Shown: piece after piece, positions 1 to 12,573 of the stretch
Position numbering within the stretch: position 1 is the first letter of the stretch
Layout: every line of letters starts with the position of its first letter
Assembly (NCBI GenBank): GCA_051362555.1
Contig: CM120645.1
Location: forward strand, 3,658,001 to 3,722,000
Origin: Lingula anatina
Taxonomy: Eukaryota > Animalia > Brachiopoda
Reading direction: 5' to 3'
Length of the DNA stretch: 64,000 nucleotides
Notes under the pieces: model-generated
Seen by the model: only the letters and a program-made list of their open reading frames with translations
Database searches by the model: none
What the model was told of the DNA's origin: nothing
Translations under genes and position numbers: made by a program

Positions 1-416
1 GTATTTGTTCAACATTTATTCATTGAAATACTTAACAGGTGCCTACATCCTAACATGAGCTCAGCATGCTTTTAAGAACCATGTTATTTTTTTTTTCAAT
101 ATTACTGAAAACTAAAGTGATAAGTGGTATTTTAATAAGCTCTGTACCAGAAACGGCATCATAAAAAAGACATAAAATCAAAATTTCATGGACATAACAT
201 GGCCCCTCTGAAATGGGTTTCATTTGAAAGAGTACAAGTTTAAACATGTTATAAATATGTTTTTTTAACTTTGCACAGTTGTGAAACTGTCATTAAATGC
301 CACTTAGTACTTCAAAGGCAGCTCTATAACCATTTTAGAAAGTATGCATGTAGCACTGTTACTCACAACTCTTTGGGGTAGATTCTGTAAATATGGGAAT
401 AATGAATTATATTTAG

Positions 417-604
417 GTGGCACTCAGAACCTAGCCAGAGTGTGTGGTCCCTCTGTGGCCAAGGAGTTGATTTTTACGGCTCGGGCTCTGGATGGGGTGG
501 AGGCACATAGGATGGGAGTAGTGAACCACGTCGTAGAACAGAATGATGACGGGGATGCAGCTTATTTAAAAGCTCTGCAGCTGGCTAAGGAGATAGCACC
601 ACAG
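417..604 (+). CDS. AUH: AUH (methylglutaconyl-CoA hydratase, crotonase family), internal exon; earlier exons lie upstream of the window
   Basis: tttag|GT acceptor at 416 and CAG|gtgggt donor at 605. Translates [63 protein letters not shown], matching the crotonase GGTQRL motif and the AUH-type VxQNxxGDAAYxKAL segment. Confidence 0.93.
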
Positions 605-794
605 GTGGGTGGGTAAAAAGTGGCACAACTGACACAATCTTAGCACACCCAACACAATGCCATCACCTTGCATAACTAATGCAATCTTAGCATGCTAAGG
701 GCAATACCAGTACCTGTCACAAGTCTTTACAACTAATTTTATTCAACAAACCCAAATTAAGAAACATGCCCAATACAGCCATAACATCTTAAAT

Positions 795-965
795 ATGTTA
801 TTTCATTGCTTGACACAGCCAATCACACCCATCTCAACCATAATCTCCTACATTATCTTTTGCCTAACACAGTCATCACACCTAACACAACCATCACATC
901 TAACACAACCATCACATCTTACATTATGTCATTGCCTAACACAACCATCACACCCTACATTACCT
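795..965. repeat. Degenerate minisatellite (~18-bp core CCTAACACAACCATCACA) in an AUH intron
   Basis: Repeated taacacaaccatcaca/taacacagtcatcaca units. These produce the repetitive ORFs 795..980 and 806..1030. Confidence 0.7.
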
Positions 966-1323
966 CCTTGTCTGTTGTAACCATCTCACTTTTAAGTATT
1001 ATAAATATCGTTGTACTTACCAATATGTGACATTGTCACCATAGACAAGTCATTTCCTCAAACCCAGGCAACTTTCCCTCATGATGCTAGAAAGTGAAAG
1101 TTTACAACTGTAAATAGGGTTATCAGATCTGAATTTTCTCTACAGATTTGGACATGGTACAACTAAGGAAAATTGCTGAAATTTCCAGGAATAGATTTGA
1201 AATTGCTACATTTAAGTAAGCCTCGTGCCTATTGCCTGCTTTTAAAAGGATATTTACTGTATAGAGACCTCATTCCTCCTTTGCATACCAATTACCTATA
1301 GGTCAGTGACCTAGGTAAAGCTA

Positions 1324-1641
1324 CACTAGTGGTCTTGATTTGGTCTTAAAGTGCAATTTAAGAACACAAATAGTCCTACATGATCTTAAAACATGAGTAA
1401 GACCATTTCTAGTCTAACAACCAATTAAGTTGTCTCCCCTTACACATTCTCCTATTGTGAGCAGAGGTATCGCCCATTGTGAGGGGAGGAAACTGCTTGA
1501 CCACTTAAGTAGATGTTAGATCATTTTTGATCTTAAAAGCAGATTCAGTCCATTTTAAGACTACTGCTGTAATGATTAACATCGTGTAAGATCACTTGTG
1601 AACTTAAATTGCACTTTAAGACCAAATCTAGCCCACTAGTG
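1324..1641. mobile_element. Non-autonomous CACTA/EnSpm-type (CMC) MITE in an AUH intron
   Basis: Imperfect ~45-bp TIRs: CACTAGTGGtcttgatttggtcttaaagtgcaatttaag ... cttaaattgcactttaagaccaaatctagcCCACTAGTG. The 3-bp direct repeat CTA flanks both ends (1321-1323, 1642-1644). Confidence 0.75.
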
Positions 1642-1980
1642 CTAGGTCATTTACTGTGTAAGCCAAGTTCACCACGGGTAGCAGATATAATTCTTGTGTT
1701 AATAACTGATAAGAAGTTTTTCATATAGTTTGCCCAGCATAGGATAAAAGGGAAACAGAGAGTTTATACTTAGTGCCTGTGGTGAGCTACGTAGATTTAT
1801 CAGACTGAGTGTTAATACTTTATTCTGTAAAAAATATCTAAATTGATAGCAAGCATTGTACATGTCCAATTTATAGGTGATCTCAATGCTTTTTTTTTTT
1901 TTTTTTTGTATAGTTGAACTGTTGAGGTGATAATTGTGATATTCTTAAAGAAAATAAATGGAAGTCATTGTATTTTTCAG

Positions 1981-2031
1981 GGTCCAATAGCACTAAGGAT
2001 GGCCAAGTTGGCAATTAACAAAGGCTCAGAG
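1981..2031 (+). CDS. AUH: AUH internal exon (GPIALRMAKLAINKGSE)
   Basis: tttttcag| acceptor at 1980 and GAG|gtattg donor at 2032. 51 nt, phase 0/0, in frame with the previous exon. Confidence 0.92.
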
Positions 2032-2080
2032 GTATTGCAGATTACTGCATTTGAATTTTGTGAATGCGTATATGTCATTC

Positions 2081-2082
<2 letters not shown>

Positions 2083-2132
<50 letters not shown>

Positions 2133-2160
2133 CGTGCTGCTTGCATGTGCGTGCGTGTGT
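2083..2160. repeat. (GT)n microsatellite
   Basis: Directly visible, with a few interruptions. Confidence 0.95.
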
Positions 2161-2362
2161 CTGTATGTGTCCATGCTGGAAAAGCCAGAAGGCTAAAACA
2201 TTCTTTGGTACAGACTACATTGAAATTATATTGGTCACAGTTGTGAATATTTGCAAAATTTTGTATTGAGCAGTTTGGAAAAATGAATGTACATATATTA
2301 TTGCAATATCATGTACTGGAACAGTTTGAATTAGTTAATTTTCTTTATCTCTCTGTTGTCAG

Positions 2363-2410
2363 GTTGACCTTATGTCTGGTTTGGCATTTGAACAGCAGTG
2401 TTATGCTCAG
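2363..2410 (+). CDS. AUH: AUH internal exon (VDLMSGLAFEQQCYAQ)
   Basis: ctctgttgtcag| acceptor and CAG|gtatcg donor. 48 nt, phase 0/0. Matches the AUH VDLxxGLAxExxCYAQ segment. Confidence 0.92.
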
Positions 2411-2429
2411 GTATCGTTTTCTCCCCCTC

Positions 2430-2430
2430 C

Positions 2431-2491
<61 letters not shown>
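2430..2491. repeat. (CT)n microsatellite
   Basis: Directly visible. Confidence 0.95.
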
Positions 2492-2493
<2 letters not shown>

Positions 2494-2637
2494 GGCCACC
2501 CATTAAATATGATGTATTTGTTTATTTATTGTTATTTTTCAATTGATAAGTTAGTAGGTAAATTAGCTTATTCATTTATTTAAAAATTGAGTAATTAATT
2601 GATTGATAGATAATGAACTGCACCATATATATTTCAG

Positions 2638-2715
2638 GTAATTCCCACAAAAGACAGGATGGAGGGGCTGATGGCATTTAAAGAGAAGAGACCACCTCAG
2701 TACAAAGGAGAATAA
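2638..2715 (+). CDS. AUH: AUH last coding exon ([25 protein letters not shown])
   Basis: atttcag| acceptor at 2637, TAA at 2713-2715. The C-terminus closely resembles vertebrate AUH ([24 protein letters not shown], recalled, not searched). Confidence 0.94.
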   Translation, partial: VIPTKDRMEGLMAFKEKRPPQYKGE

Positions 2716-3598
2716 ACTGGATTCAGCATTTCAAAAATCACAAAAAAAAAGAGTGGCAGATTTTTTACAAATATTTTCTTGTTTTACTCAAATCCACTTG
2801 TTCAGTGTTATGTGTTCATGGGATCATTTGCTGGGCAAAGGTGAAAAGTTCATCATATATATAAGTCGTTCAATCTATGGCAATCATGACCAGATTGGGT
2901 TGATATTATTTTTTAAAAATAAAGAACATATGCAAATAGCAAAGAAGCATGCTGGTATAAGTTCTAGTATGAGGAGGATGTAATAAAATATGTACATACA
3001 CATAATTTTGTATGTATACCATAAAATGATTCATGGGTTTTACATTGTATGGAAGCTAAGTTATATGACTGTTGACACAAACATGTAACTTATAAGTAAA
3101 CATTACTCATAGGTCAAAAGAAGTTGATGGTAATGTTTAGTGTACCCAAAACTATGTAAATGCTCAAGCTTAGGATGGGGGAAAGATGATAGTTCAGCGT
3201 ACGTCAGCATTTTAGAGAAACTGATATATCTGTATACTGGGGCTAAGTCTCCAAGGTGTATATGGCTTTGAAATGACTGTAACATGTATAAATATGTGTG
3301 CACAGATTACAGATTGACTCAACTTCAAGCAGTGTACTTGGTTTCTACACCAATAATCATGGCACAAGATTTTTATACATGGAAATATAGCTCAATGATG
3401 GGGCAAGACCATTGTGGAGATTTTTGATATGGTATCAGCAGAAGTCGGTTGGAGTCGGAGAGGGCTGCCTGTGCCCCCCCCCCCCCCTCCAAGTGGTGGT
3501 TTCTTCCATCTTTCACTAGTGCCTAGTGCTGAGAGCAGAGTTTCTATTTGTCCCTGTAACTTGGGGTGACTGAAACTGACATAGGTTGAAGGGAGAGT

Positions 3599-3629
<31 letters not shown>

Positions 3630-3959
3630 GGGGAGGAGATGCTTTGCAGATATAAAATATATGAAGGCGAGGGGGTTTCTACAGTAGCAAGTAAATCCAG
3701 AACTAAGAATATGAGGTAGAAATTATTCATAAAATAATGATGTTATTCTTGATTTTGGATGTTACATTTAAGTTTTTAAAGAGTGATAAAAATGTGATAA
3801 CGCCCTTCTTCCCCCTCTTTAAGTTAGAAATGTGGGTGGAATTTTGTAACAGATATGACAATGTCATCACATTTAAATACATTACATGCAAATCATTGTA
3901 CTTAACATCTAAAATTATTCACTTTATTGATGGTAAGCATGCTTTGACTTGAATTATAG

Positions 3960-4390
3960 ACACCATTCTTGTAATAGTCTCTTGTTTGGAACATGCAAAC
4001 TACAAGTATCAAATAGACAATCTTAAGTCTATTCAAAATTTAGCTGCATGCCTCCTATGTAGAATTCACAATGCTAATCACATTGTACCAGTTCTTTGGG
4101 ATATTCATTGGCCATCCATATCAAAGGAAATATTACTAATGACCATTATAATCTTAAAAGCTGCTGTCCATATTATCAGAACAAAATTATAGAACTGGCT
4201 AGACCCAATAAAACACTAAGATCAAGGTGGGGAAAAAAAGCAATAAGAAGCAAACAAGACTAAAAATATACAGTCATAGGAGTTTTGATATTACAGCAGC
4301 TATTTTGTGGCCTTAGTTTATCAGTAATAGTCAAATGTCAGAGCTCTTAACAACAACTATAGTAGTTGAAACAAATTTGAAATGTACAGC
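3960..4390 (+). mobile_element. Degraded L2/CR1-clade LINE ORF2 C-terminal fragment
   Basis: ORF 3986..4192 reads LKSIQNLAACLL...NHIVPVLWDIHW...KEILL, resembling the LQxxQNxAARL...HITPVLxxLHWL motif of L2/CR1 ORF2. Boundaries are approximate. Confidence 0.65.
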
Positions 4391-4559
4391 ATCTAAATTT
4401 ATCTGTCTTATAACTTTTCTTTCCCATTTCTAATATATATGTCAATCTTTGTAGTTTTGAATTTATGATTTGTAATGGTGTTTGTAAACATGTAGAGCAT
4501 GGGTTTCAGTCAGAAATAAATTATTTTGAAAAATAAACAATGGTTATAGTCTATAAAAC

Positions 4560-5940
4560 GCTTAAATATGGTATTTTGCATTGCCCAATCATGAGAACTG
4601 AATTCCTTGTTATGCTGTTTTCTACACAATCACTGCAATTTGGCTATTTGTGGTGTGACTTCCTCATTAGCACCCACGTAGAATCTTCACTAGGTGACTA
4701 ATGATGCTGATTGTCCTATTCAACTAACAGCATCAAGTCTCTTAACAGGAAACGCAATAAACATGGGTTTGGTTAATTTTTCTGCAACCTTTCCAGTATA
4801 CTTCTGTCTGGATTAATATTTGTGAGTGTTTTCTCTCCACCTCACACCTTCATACATATGATATTTCCATTGTTGTTTCATCTTATACCACTGTTTGCAG
4901 TATCTTGTACTTGGTTTTCTTCACTGCAGCTTCTCTTTGTTAACAGCATTGGGCCCAACATGTCATTTCTAATAGCTGGGGTTCATCTTACTCACATATT
5001 TTAAAATTAGAATTACACCTTGGTTATATATGTTTCTCCTTTAAATTGTCTCTTTCATGTTGTCATGGATCATGAAACAATAGCAGCATCATACAGTATA
5101 ACTTTCAGTTTTATTTCCCGTTACCTTGGTTACCAAATCGGTGAACAGAAAACTTGATGACTAATAGATAGAGATTTCAGCACAGCTTGCCTTTTTTAAC
5201 TTGCATCACGCATATCTCCAACAAACCTTAAAACATTTTTTTTAATCATGAAATTCATTACTCCCTAACTGTTATCCTTGTGTTTCCCTTGCAAATGTTC
5301 TACTTCTTGAGTTACACATAGTATGTACTGTACGTTACGCAAATATGGCCTCCTTTCATTACCTCCGCCAAGGAGGTTATGTTTTCACCCCTGTTTGTCT
5401 GTCTGTCTTTTTGTTTGTCTGTCATCAACATAACTCAAAAAGTTAAGGACCGATTTTGATGAAATTTTCAGGAACTGTCAGAAGTGGGCCAAGGAAGAGA
5501 TGAATAGTTTTTGGTGGTGATCCGGATCAATAATCAATAATAATCAAAAATCGCTGCCTTGGCGGAGGTCTGCGCTCTTGGAGTGCTTTTCTAGTTATAC
5601 TTGTATTAGCCTTAATACACGCTTGGCAGACCTGTCCTTCATTACCAGTCTCGGCAGGTATTCATTATCATCATCATGTGTCTGGCCTGGTGCAGGCATC
5701 GACGACCATGGTCCTCCAGTTTATTGCATTTGCAGTCGATTGGATGAGCTCGTTATTGTACAGTTGTTGATTTGTCACGAAGGCATTAAACCTGTCAATT
5801 TCCCCACAGAGTACCAGTTTTTCTGTTCCGACTTTTCTGATGGTATGACCCAGATATTTCATTTGCCTTTTTCTGAATTCATATGAGGTGTTAGTATTAT
5901 CAAAAACTCCTCAGTTCCGGTCTTTATAATGTTTGATGTT
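4560..5940 (-). mobile_element. Degraded RTE-clade LINE fragments, interrupted by a Helentron-like element
   Basis: Minus-strand ORF 5674..5862 (MKYLGHTIRK...EKLVLCGEI...WRTMVVDACTRPDT*) resembles an RTE ORF C-terminus and is followed by a (TGA)n-like tail. A minus-strand RTISIISHLVK near 4685-4720 resembles the RT N-terminal RxISLxSHxxK motif. The two pieces may not be one copy. Confidence 0.6.
5359..5596 (+). mobile_element. Non-autonomous Helentron (HINE / DINE-1-like) element
   Basis: Subterminal inverted repeats ACCTCCGCCAAGG (5361-5373) and CCTTGGCGGAGGT (5557-5569), a short 5' foldback (ggaggt), (TGTC/TGTT)n after the 5' end, a 3' hairpin gcgctc-ttg-gagtgc, a CTAGTT end and TT flanks. 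Confidence 0.8.
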
Positions 5941-6619
5941 TATCAGTTTTATGTTTTAAACCAAAATTAGAATTGGATGGGTTCCATTTTTTAACCAAAA
6001 CTACCATAACATTCAAATTCCTAGATGATGTTAAAGAACACCAGTTGATATGTTTGTTAAGTCCAAGGTTATTATCTTGCAAATCTATGCTGGTGATATA
6101 ACAAAAAACATGTTGGCTTGGATATTTTTCTTAATCAATCCAGCTACCGCTATTATCTACATATATATTCACACAGAAGCTTAATCCAGTGTAAATTTGT
6201 TCTTGGGGATCGATTTACTTCTGGGCACCTGTAGTTGAGACTGCAGTTGTGATGTACAAGGTTTCAATAAGCTTCACGGATGTTTTTCACTTGTAGCAAG
6301 AGAGAGAAGATTACCATGCATATGAAGCCAAATTACTTTGGGTTCCTTTTACCTGATGCCCCCCCCCCCCCCCCCCCCCCACGTCTGTACATTTGTTAGG
6401 GCTTATAAACCATAACTGCCATTGATTGAGACTTGGAGCCTTGAGGTTTGTGATACATGTAACTGTTGCCTTGTTTAGTAACTTAAACTCTTCAACCCTT
6501 GTTTTGTGGTGTCATTATAAAAATACATGTAAACAGTGAGTCCTGTATGTTTCATAGCAACACTTAAAGACAGCATTTCAAAAGGTTTCATATTGACTCT
6601 GTAAGTGTGAAGAAGTCTT

Positions 6620-6654
<35 letters not shown>

Positions 6655-8553
6655 AATTTGGCATATATGATTGGTTTCCCAGCAGATATGATTTTTTTTT
6701 CTTAAAGCAGAATTCCTCTTGTTGGTGTTATTTAAGCACCATAGCGTTCAGGATCACATTGTCTGAAATGTTCTTGAGAAACTTTGAAGATAAGCAATGC
6801 GCGTGTCAGACCTAAATATAATTTTCTTGACAACTTTCCTATTTATCACCAAAGTATGTCCTATGATACACTTAGATATTTCGATCTATCAACCTGTTCA
6901 CGAGTTCCACTTATATATATATTCAAGGATTCTCACATAAATGCACAGCACGCACAAAAACATGATACACGACGCCAGTGTCTTTGGTTTTCGACGTCTG
7001 GCGTGGAATGAAAGTCAGATGCAACGTTTTATTCATTGTAAACGTATACATCTAGATGGACATATGGAAATGTACAATAAAAATGTAATTTAAATAAATA
7101 AACCATTAAGAAATGATATATATAAATATGACTACTCAGATATTTGGCTGAGCCCAAGTGGCTGATATACGTATATGTGGCGCCTTCTCGTATCTGGCAT
7201 TTTATTAAATCTAGACGAGCTCATTTTATTAAACCTAGACGCAGCCTTTTACTGGCAAGGGTGACAACAGGATTGAACGAATGCTTACGTGAGCCAATTT
7301 TTGTGGCACGTTGTTAGACCAATATATAAATATTATCAGGGAAGAGTACACTTAAATTCACAGAGTTGGGAAAGCACGCTGCGATCCTGAATCGGCGGTT
7401 AAACAGCGATGACAGGAGCGTTTCACGACGAAAGGCGGGAACCAGATAAAACTCATTTAATAATTCTCATTTAATATTCATGTGACGTCATTAATGTCAT
7501 CAATGGAAATTTCTACTGTGTACGCTAAGTCATTGGGCCGAATCTGAATGGAAAAACGAAGCTACACGCTAGCTGTGCGCTGTCGCTGTACATGACATGT
7601 AGTGCGTTTCTGAAAGAATCGAACAGGATTGGGTCAAAACATGTGTGATTACACGCTCAGATAACAGGATTTCCTTACACCTTGTTGTTTAATGAAAGCA
7701 GAGCGAATTTTAGGTATTTTTTTTTTTAATCCCGAAACTGAACTATTTGTATAGTTCGCGTATATGGGAGATCATACGTTGTACTAAAGTTGAAAACGGA
7801 AAAGATGGTAACGCACAATAACCCGTTTTCTTCACACATCAAAATTTGCGACGAAGAACAATTTCTTGTATTTCTCTAATGTGTGTGCTGTGCTGGTAAA
7901 TGATCCCTGAGATGACCAATTAACATGACAATACTATTCTGAGAGCTTTCTTTTCCATAATGTACAGCTGCAAAACAGACTGGTATGTCTGTGTCCTAGA
8001 TTTAAGCGCTGTCTGAGTGTCATTTTACGTACAGAAGACAAAACGACGACGGCAGTTAATACTGTGAATACCTTCGTGACAGTGAAACGTGCTGGCAATG
8101 CCATGGTAACGTAAAACGTAATACCAATTCATTAAAATCTTTTTTTGATCACGTTTCGTTTTCTTTTCTTAATAATGCAATCCTTAAACAGCCATGCTGT
8201 GTCAGCTTTACCATATAAATATCAATTATTTCGCTTGAGTGAGAGCTAGCATGTTGCTATGAATATTTTTCTATTTTTTTTTTTTTTAATATTGGCAATA
8301 TAATGTAAGATTGACGTAGGACTCTTGCAGTTCAAATTAAAGCATTACCTTTTTAGACATTCTAGATTGACGCCGAAATATGCAAATGACACTGTCGCAG
8401 GAATAAAGCCAAGACGAGGCTGTGACGACTATTGGTGGTCAGGATTGGTTCTGAGACAATTACGCACGTGTTAATTGCCCACGCGTTTGAGCTGCGTGAT
8501 TTACACGTTACTTCATAAAAGTAATTCCTCTTGTCGCCCCACAGACAACGAAA

Positions 8554-9440
8554 ATGTCTGCTGCCACAAACGTGTCTCATGGGTCTATCAATCGAACTTT
8601 CAATTCCACCGTGGTTCCAGATGACGACCAAAATTTACCAGAGGTTCTGCGTGGCATCAATTGTACCGTGCTTTTATTCGTCGTCGTTTTCGGCATTCTG
8701 ATGAACACAGCTATCGTTCTGACCATAGGACTGAAAAGCGCGTTCAGGACGCCAACCAACACCCTGGTTGCGTGGTCATCTCTGATGGACGCTGCACACT
8801 GCCTTTTTTCGTCTTCGCTGTACCTAAAAAAACACATTAATGACTATTCCGGACTTACAGAGGATGAATGTCAAATTTTGGTATCGGCTTCATATTTCAC
8901 CAACATTACCAACAGTTGTGTATTTGGCGCATTGGCGCTCGTGCGGCTCATTCAGTTCAGGTGCCTTTGGAACAAGCCGCCATACAAGGTATTCACGTTT
9001 GGCAGTATTGTAGTTTGCACTACAATGGGGCTTTTGTTCGGGGTGGCATCGGCGTTCACCCCGACCTCATCATACTACATGTGCCTGAATGACGATCGGC
9101 AGTTTTTAGCGAAAACGGATGAAGACATCCTCACGACCCATTTCTGCCCACCGTTGTATGGGGTTCTCTTCGTCCTCATCGTCGTATCGTATTCGGGCAT
9201 CTATGCCACTGTCAGGAAGACAAGGACCAACCAAGTTGCTCCTTTCGAAGATCCGGGGCCGCTGCCGCAACCCCAGGGAGCACCAGCCGACGAGACCGCG
9301 TCACCACCGCGATACGACATCCTGGCAGCCAAGACGCTGTTTTATCTTTTACTTGTCTGGATGATGTTGTACACTCCGTTGCTGGTTTTTGCTCTGTATA
9401 AATCCAAGCACGGGATGACTCCGCAGTTGATTCATATCAG
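8554..9440 (+). CDS. Orphan class A (rhodopsin-like) GPCR, coding exon 1 (N-terminus, TM1-TM6)
   Basis: N-terminal NxS/T sequons (NVS, NRT, NST, NCT), TM1 GILMN, TM2 SSLMDA, Cys at the top of TM3 plus an ECL2 Cys, TM5 PPLY, TM6 WMMLYTP. Ends at an AG|GCAAGT donor. Confidence 0.85.
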
Positions 9441-9625
9441 GCAAGTATAGAAATAACGTGGCATGACTGGCGCCCTTTGTGTGAAAAATGCGTCGCTCCT
9501 TTCAGGTTGCATGTTTGCCTAATAGTAAGCCATGTAATTTAAAGAGAGATTCGCCTTGATACAAAGCTATGGCCTATGACCTTGCGATGCCTCTGACTAG
9601 TGTCCGCTTAACTGCAACGGCATTG

Positions 9626-9627
<2 letters not shown>

Positions 9628-9675
<48 letters not shown>
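9628..9675. repeat. (GT)n microsatellite
   Basis: Directly visible in the GPCR intron. Confidence 0.95.
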
Positions 9676-9678
<3 letters not shown>

Positions 9679-9730
9679 GGAGGGGGAGGGGGGTACATAT
9701 ATATTGTAATATTGTGAGAAAACGTGTTAG

Positions 9731-10000
9731 ACTGGGTTCCCATACATAGATCGATCTAAGAGGATCGATGCAACTCCTAGGGGTTTCTCGCTAAATTGCT
9801 TTCAGCTTAAGCGGCTTACATGTCTGGCACGCATACTGAAGCTGCTAAACGATAATTATATAATTACCCCCTAACAGCTTCAGTAGTCGTGACAGACATC
9901 TAAGCCAGTTAAGTTGATTGCAATTTAGCGATTGATTGCAATTTCCTCTCGGAGATAGATCGATCCACAGTTAGTACGACAGGGTCTGGGAATGGTCCCT
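9731..10000. mobile_element. Palindromic MITE (PIF/Harbinger-like) in the GPCR intron
   Basis: Inner inverted arms cgctaaattgc...ctgaagctg (~9789-9847) and cagcttcag...gcaatttagcg (~9872-9930), AGATCGATC motifs near both ends, right end gggaatggtccct. Related copies at 46984-47335. Superfamily is inferred from the GGG...CCC ends. Confidence 0.65.
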
Positions 10001-10480
10001 GATATGTTTAGTTTATAGATAAGAAGTGCAGAGTTAACTCGTACCGAAGGTGCTACCCTCGTAGTTACCATAAACGATGTGAAGTTATGAAGACAGAATA
10101 AATGAATTAGCTATGGAACCACGGAGGACACACAGAAATCCAACTTATTCTGGTTATGCATAATAACGTTATGAACAGTTTCCGCAAATTAACAATAACA
10201 AGAATGTCATGTTATGATGGGAGCCTTTCACCTTCTCGATTATATAAAATGTATCGATTTTCATCATAAAAAGTCTAACGCATTCTAGGATAATGATGAC
10301 ATCTTAGCACTGTGAATGTAAGAGAAAAACATACTTTTAAAAGAGCGTATTTGTGCTTAGTATAACTATAATTGTCAGATTCATGATCATTTTTCTTTCA
10401 CTGCATGTTCAAAAGAAGCCGTTAAACAAGAAAAGCAAGTGTTATAGGCCTATTCATTGTTTACCATTTTATATTTACAG

Positions 10481-10592
10481 GTCATTTTTTGTGTGCTTAA
10501 ACAGCATTGGAACAGTGGTTAATCCGGTAATTTACTGGTACAGATCCAGCGAATTCAGAGAGGCCACCATGAAAACTCTCTGTCTTCTTTAA
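10481..10592 (+). CDS. Same GPCR, coding exon 2 (TM7 NPVIY and helix 8); spliced product 332 aa
   Basis: atatttacag| acceptor at 10480. Reads SFFVCLNSIGTVVNPVIYWYRSSEFREATMKTLCLL*. 887+112=999 nt, in frame with exon 1. Confidence 0.85.
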
Positions 10593-12207
10593 TTTACCTA
10601 TCATTCTGATTAACATAACAAGGTTGTTCAAAGGCCATTTTTTAGTGAAGCATTTGTATTTTGACTGCTGTTGAGTTCAATGGGCCCGACAATCTGCAGT
10701 GCATCTTGTTTGTACAAATATAGGTCTAAGCATCTAAACTGGCGATTAACTATTGATGCGTTTGCACGGTTGGTACACACAGACGCAACACAACTGTGGC
10801 GTGATTGCGCTCCTGCCGTTCACACCTAACACAATGTTGATAACCCCAAATAGCTGCGGAAAGAGCTGCTGTAGCTGTCCGATGCTCTGGAACCAGAGGC
10901 AATGAACACCTAAAACAATGTGGATGTTTGTAAATAGCTGCGGGTTTAACTCAGTGAGCTGCTGTTGTTGTGCGGTGAGCACCCGGATGTGCCAGCAGTC
11001 AATCACACCTACCACAATCAAAAAACGCAATTACAAAATGGAAATGTAGTCACTCGATTACAACTACAGCATTATGGGCACTTACCGTGAAGATTTCAAG
11101 TGGCAATTTTGTATATTGATAAAGGTGTAATTGTTCATGACGTCAGCAGCTGACAAGGAGGGTTAATTACTGATTTGCAGGGGGCCTGTAATCTACGGTG
11201 AATGTTAAATGTTTGCAGGCATTGTGTTTCGGAGATTACTGGAAACTCACCACTGTATTTTCAGCACGCTTCTGTCGTTTGATATTTGTGACGTCTGGTA
11301 ATAAAGGGGTTGGCAGAATCCCAGCTAAATCTGTAAACTACTTTCGTCTGCAATTACGTGGGTAATCAGCATTTTGATATCTTTCATTACAGCAATAATT
11401 TTAGTGACAAAACAGAGAAATACGTTAATGGCTCAAGCAATATGACCAATCCGATTAAATTATTCTCTAAAATGTTTTTTTTTCTTGGCCCGAACATTTA
11501 GCACAGACGTTATTCTCACGGGACTGTAATTTTTGTTGCCATTTGATGTTGTTTTCATTCATTATTTTAACTACTAAATGAAAACTGTCTACATGGAAAT
11601 TAAGCACGAATATTCAAATAAATGGAAACAAAATGTTGTGGTTTCAAAACGTTTTATCTCGATAATTATACACACCTGTATTGTCAGTTTATATAGGGGC
11701 ATTTTTTCCTATAGGTGGGTTACATGGGGGGGGGGGGGAGTGAATCATTAAAACACTACTCCACTGAAGTTCAACTAATCGGAGTTAACTGCAGCCTCTG
11801 CTCACTTAGACCATTTATTTAACTCATTTTTAATCTGTCTTACTATCTATCTACGTATCTTTTTGTTTATGTACTGCCAGCGCGTGTGATATATTCCGTT
11901 AATGATAAGCAATCAATGAACTCATTTCGGGTACTTAGAAGTTGTCAACCTAAACCTATTCCCTTGTATCACCTATAGTACAGACATCAAAGGCCACGAG
12001 CACACTGGGCGACGAATTAGACAAGCACTCTGTGCGACTCATTACTTAAAATCAACCAGAAAGAGGAAATCCCGCTCCCACCGGTCAGTTATATGAAAAA
12101 GGTAATTTCCACAGTACAAGCGCCGTTTGTCCGGGTGGATTTGGCCGTGGCAAGAATTCAATGATGTTTGTGTCGTTCATCTGTGGTCGTTTAATTATGA
12201 GAGCAAA

Positions 12208-12211
<4 letters not shown>

Positions 12212-12285
<74 letters not shown>
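12212..12285. repeat. Compound (GT)n(GA)n microsatellite
   Basis: Directly visible. Confidence 0.95.
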
Positions 12286-12293
<8 letters not shown>

Positions 12294-12539
12294 GTAGTAA
12301 AATACAAGGAGGGGTATTGAGAGACAAAAGGAATGGAAGGCATGTATCGCAGTCATTTCCTATAGTGCTGTGAAATCCAAGGGACAAGTTTGACATTAGA
12401 CAGCACTTAACTCATTAGGCTGAAACAATCATCAATGATTCCCTTCAGAAAACAATAGCTTTAAATTACCAGCGTCAATCATTAATTTCGTGCGTTTTCA
12501 TTTTCCCCACAACAAATGAACGGCTCTATTCAAATAAAA

Positions 12540-12573
<34 letters not shown>

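Noticed and set aside
1977-2583. Short ORFs rich in VC, HT or SL dipeptides (also 12085-12396 and 36995-37219)
   Set aside because: Translations of (GT)n, (CT)n and (ATA)n microsatellites.
8554-10592. Opsin identity for either GPCR
   Set aside because: The retinal-binding Lys296-equivalent position is Ser in GPCR1 and Ile in GPCR2.
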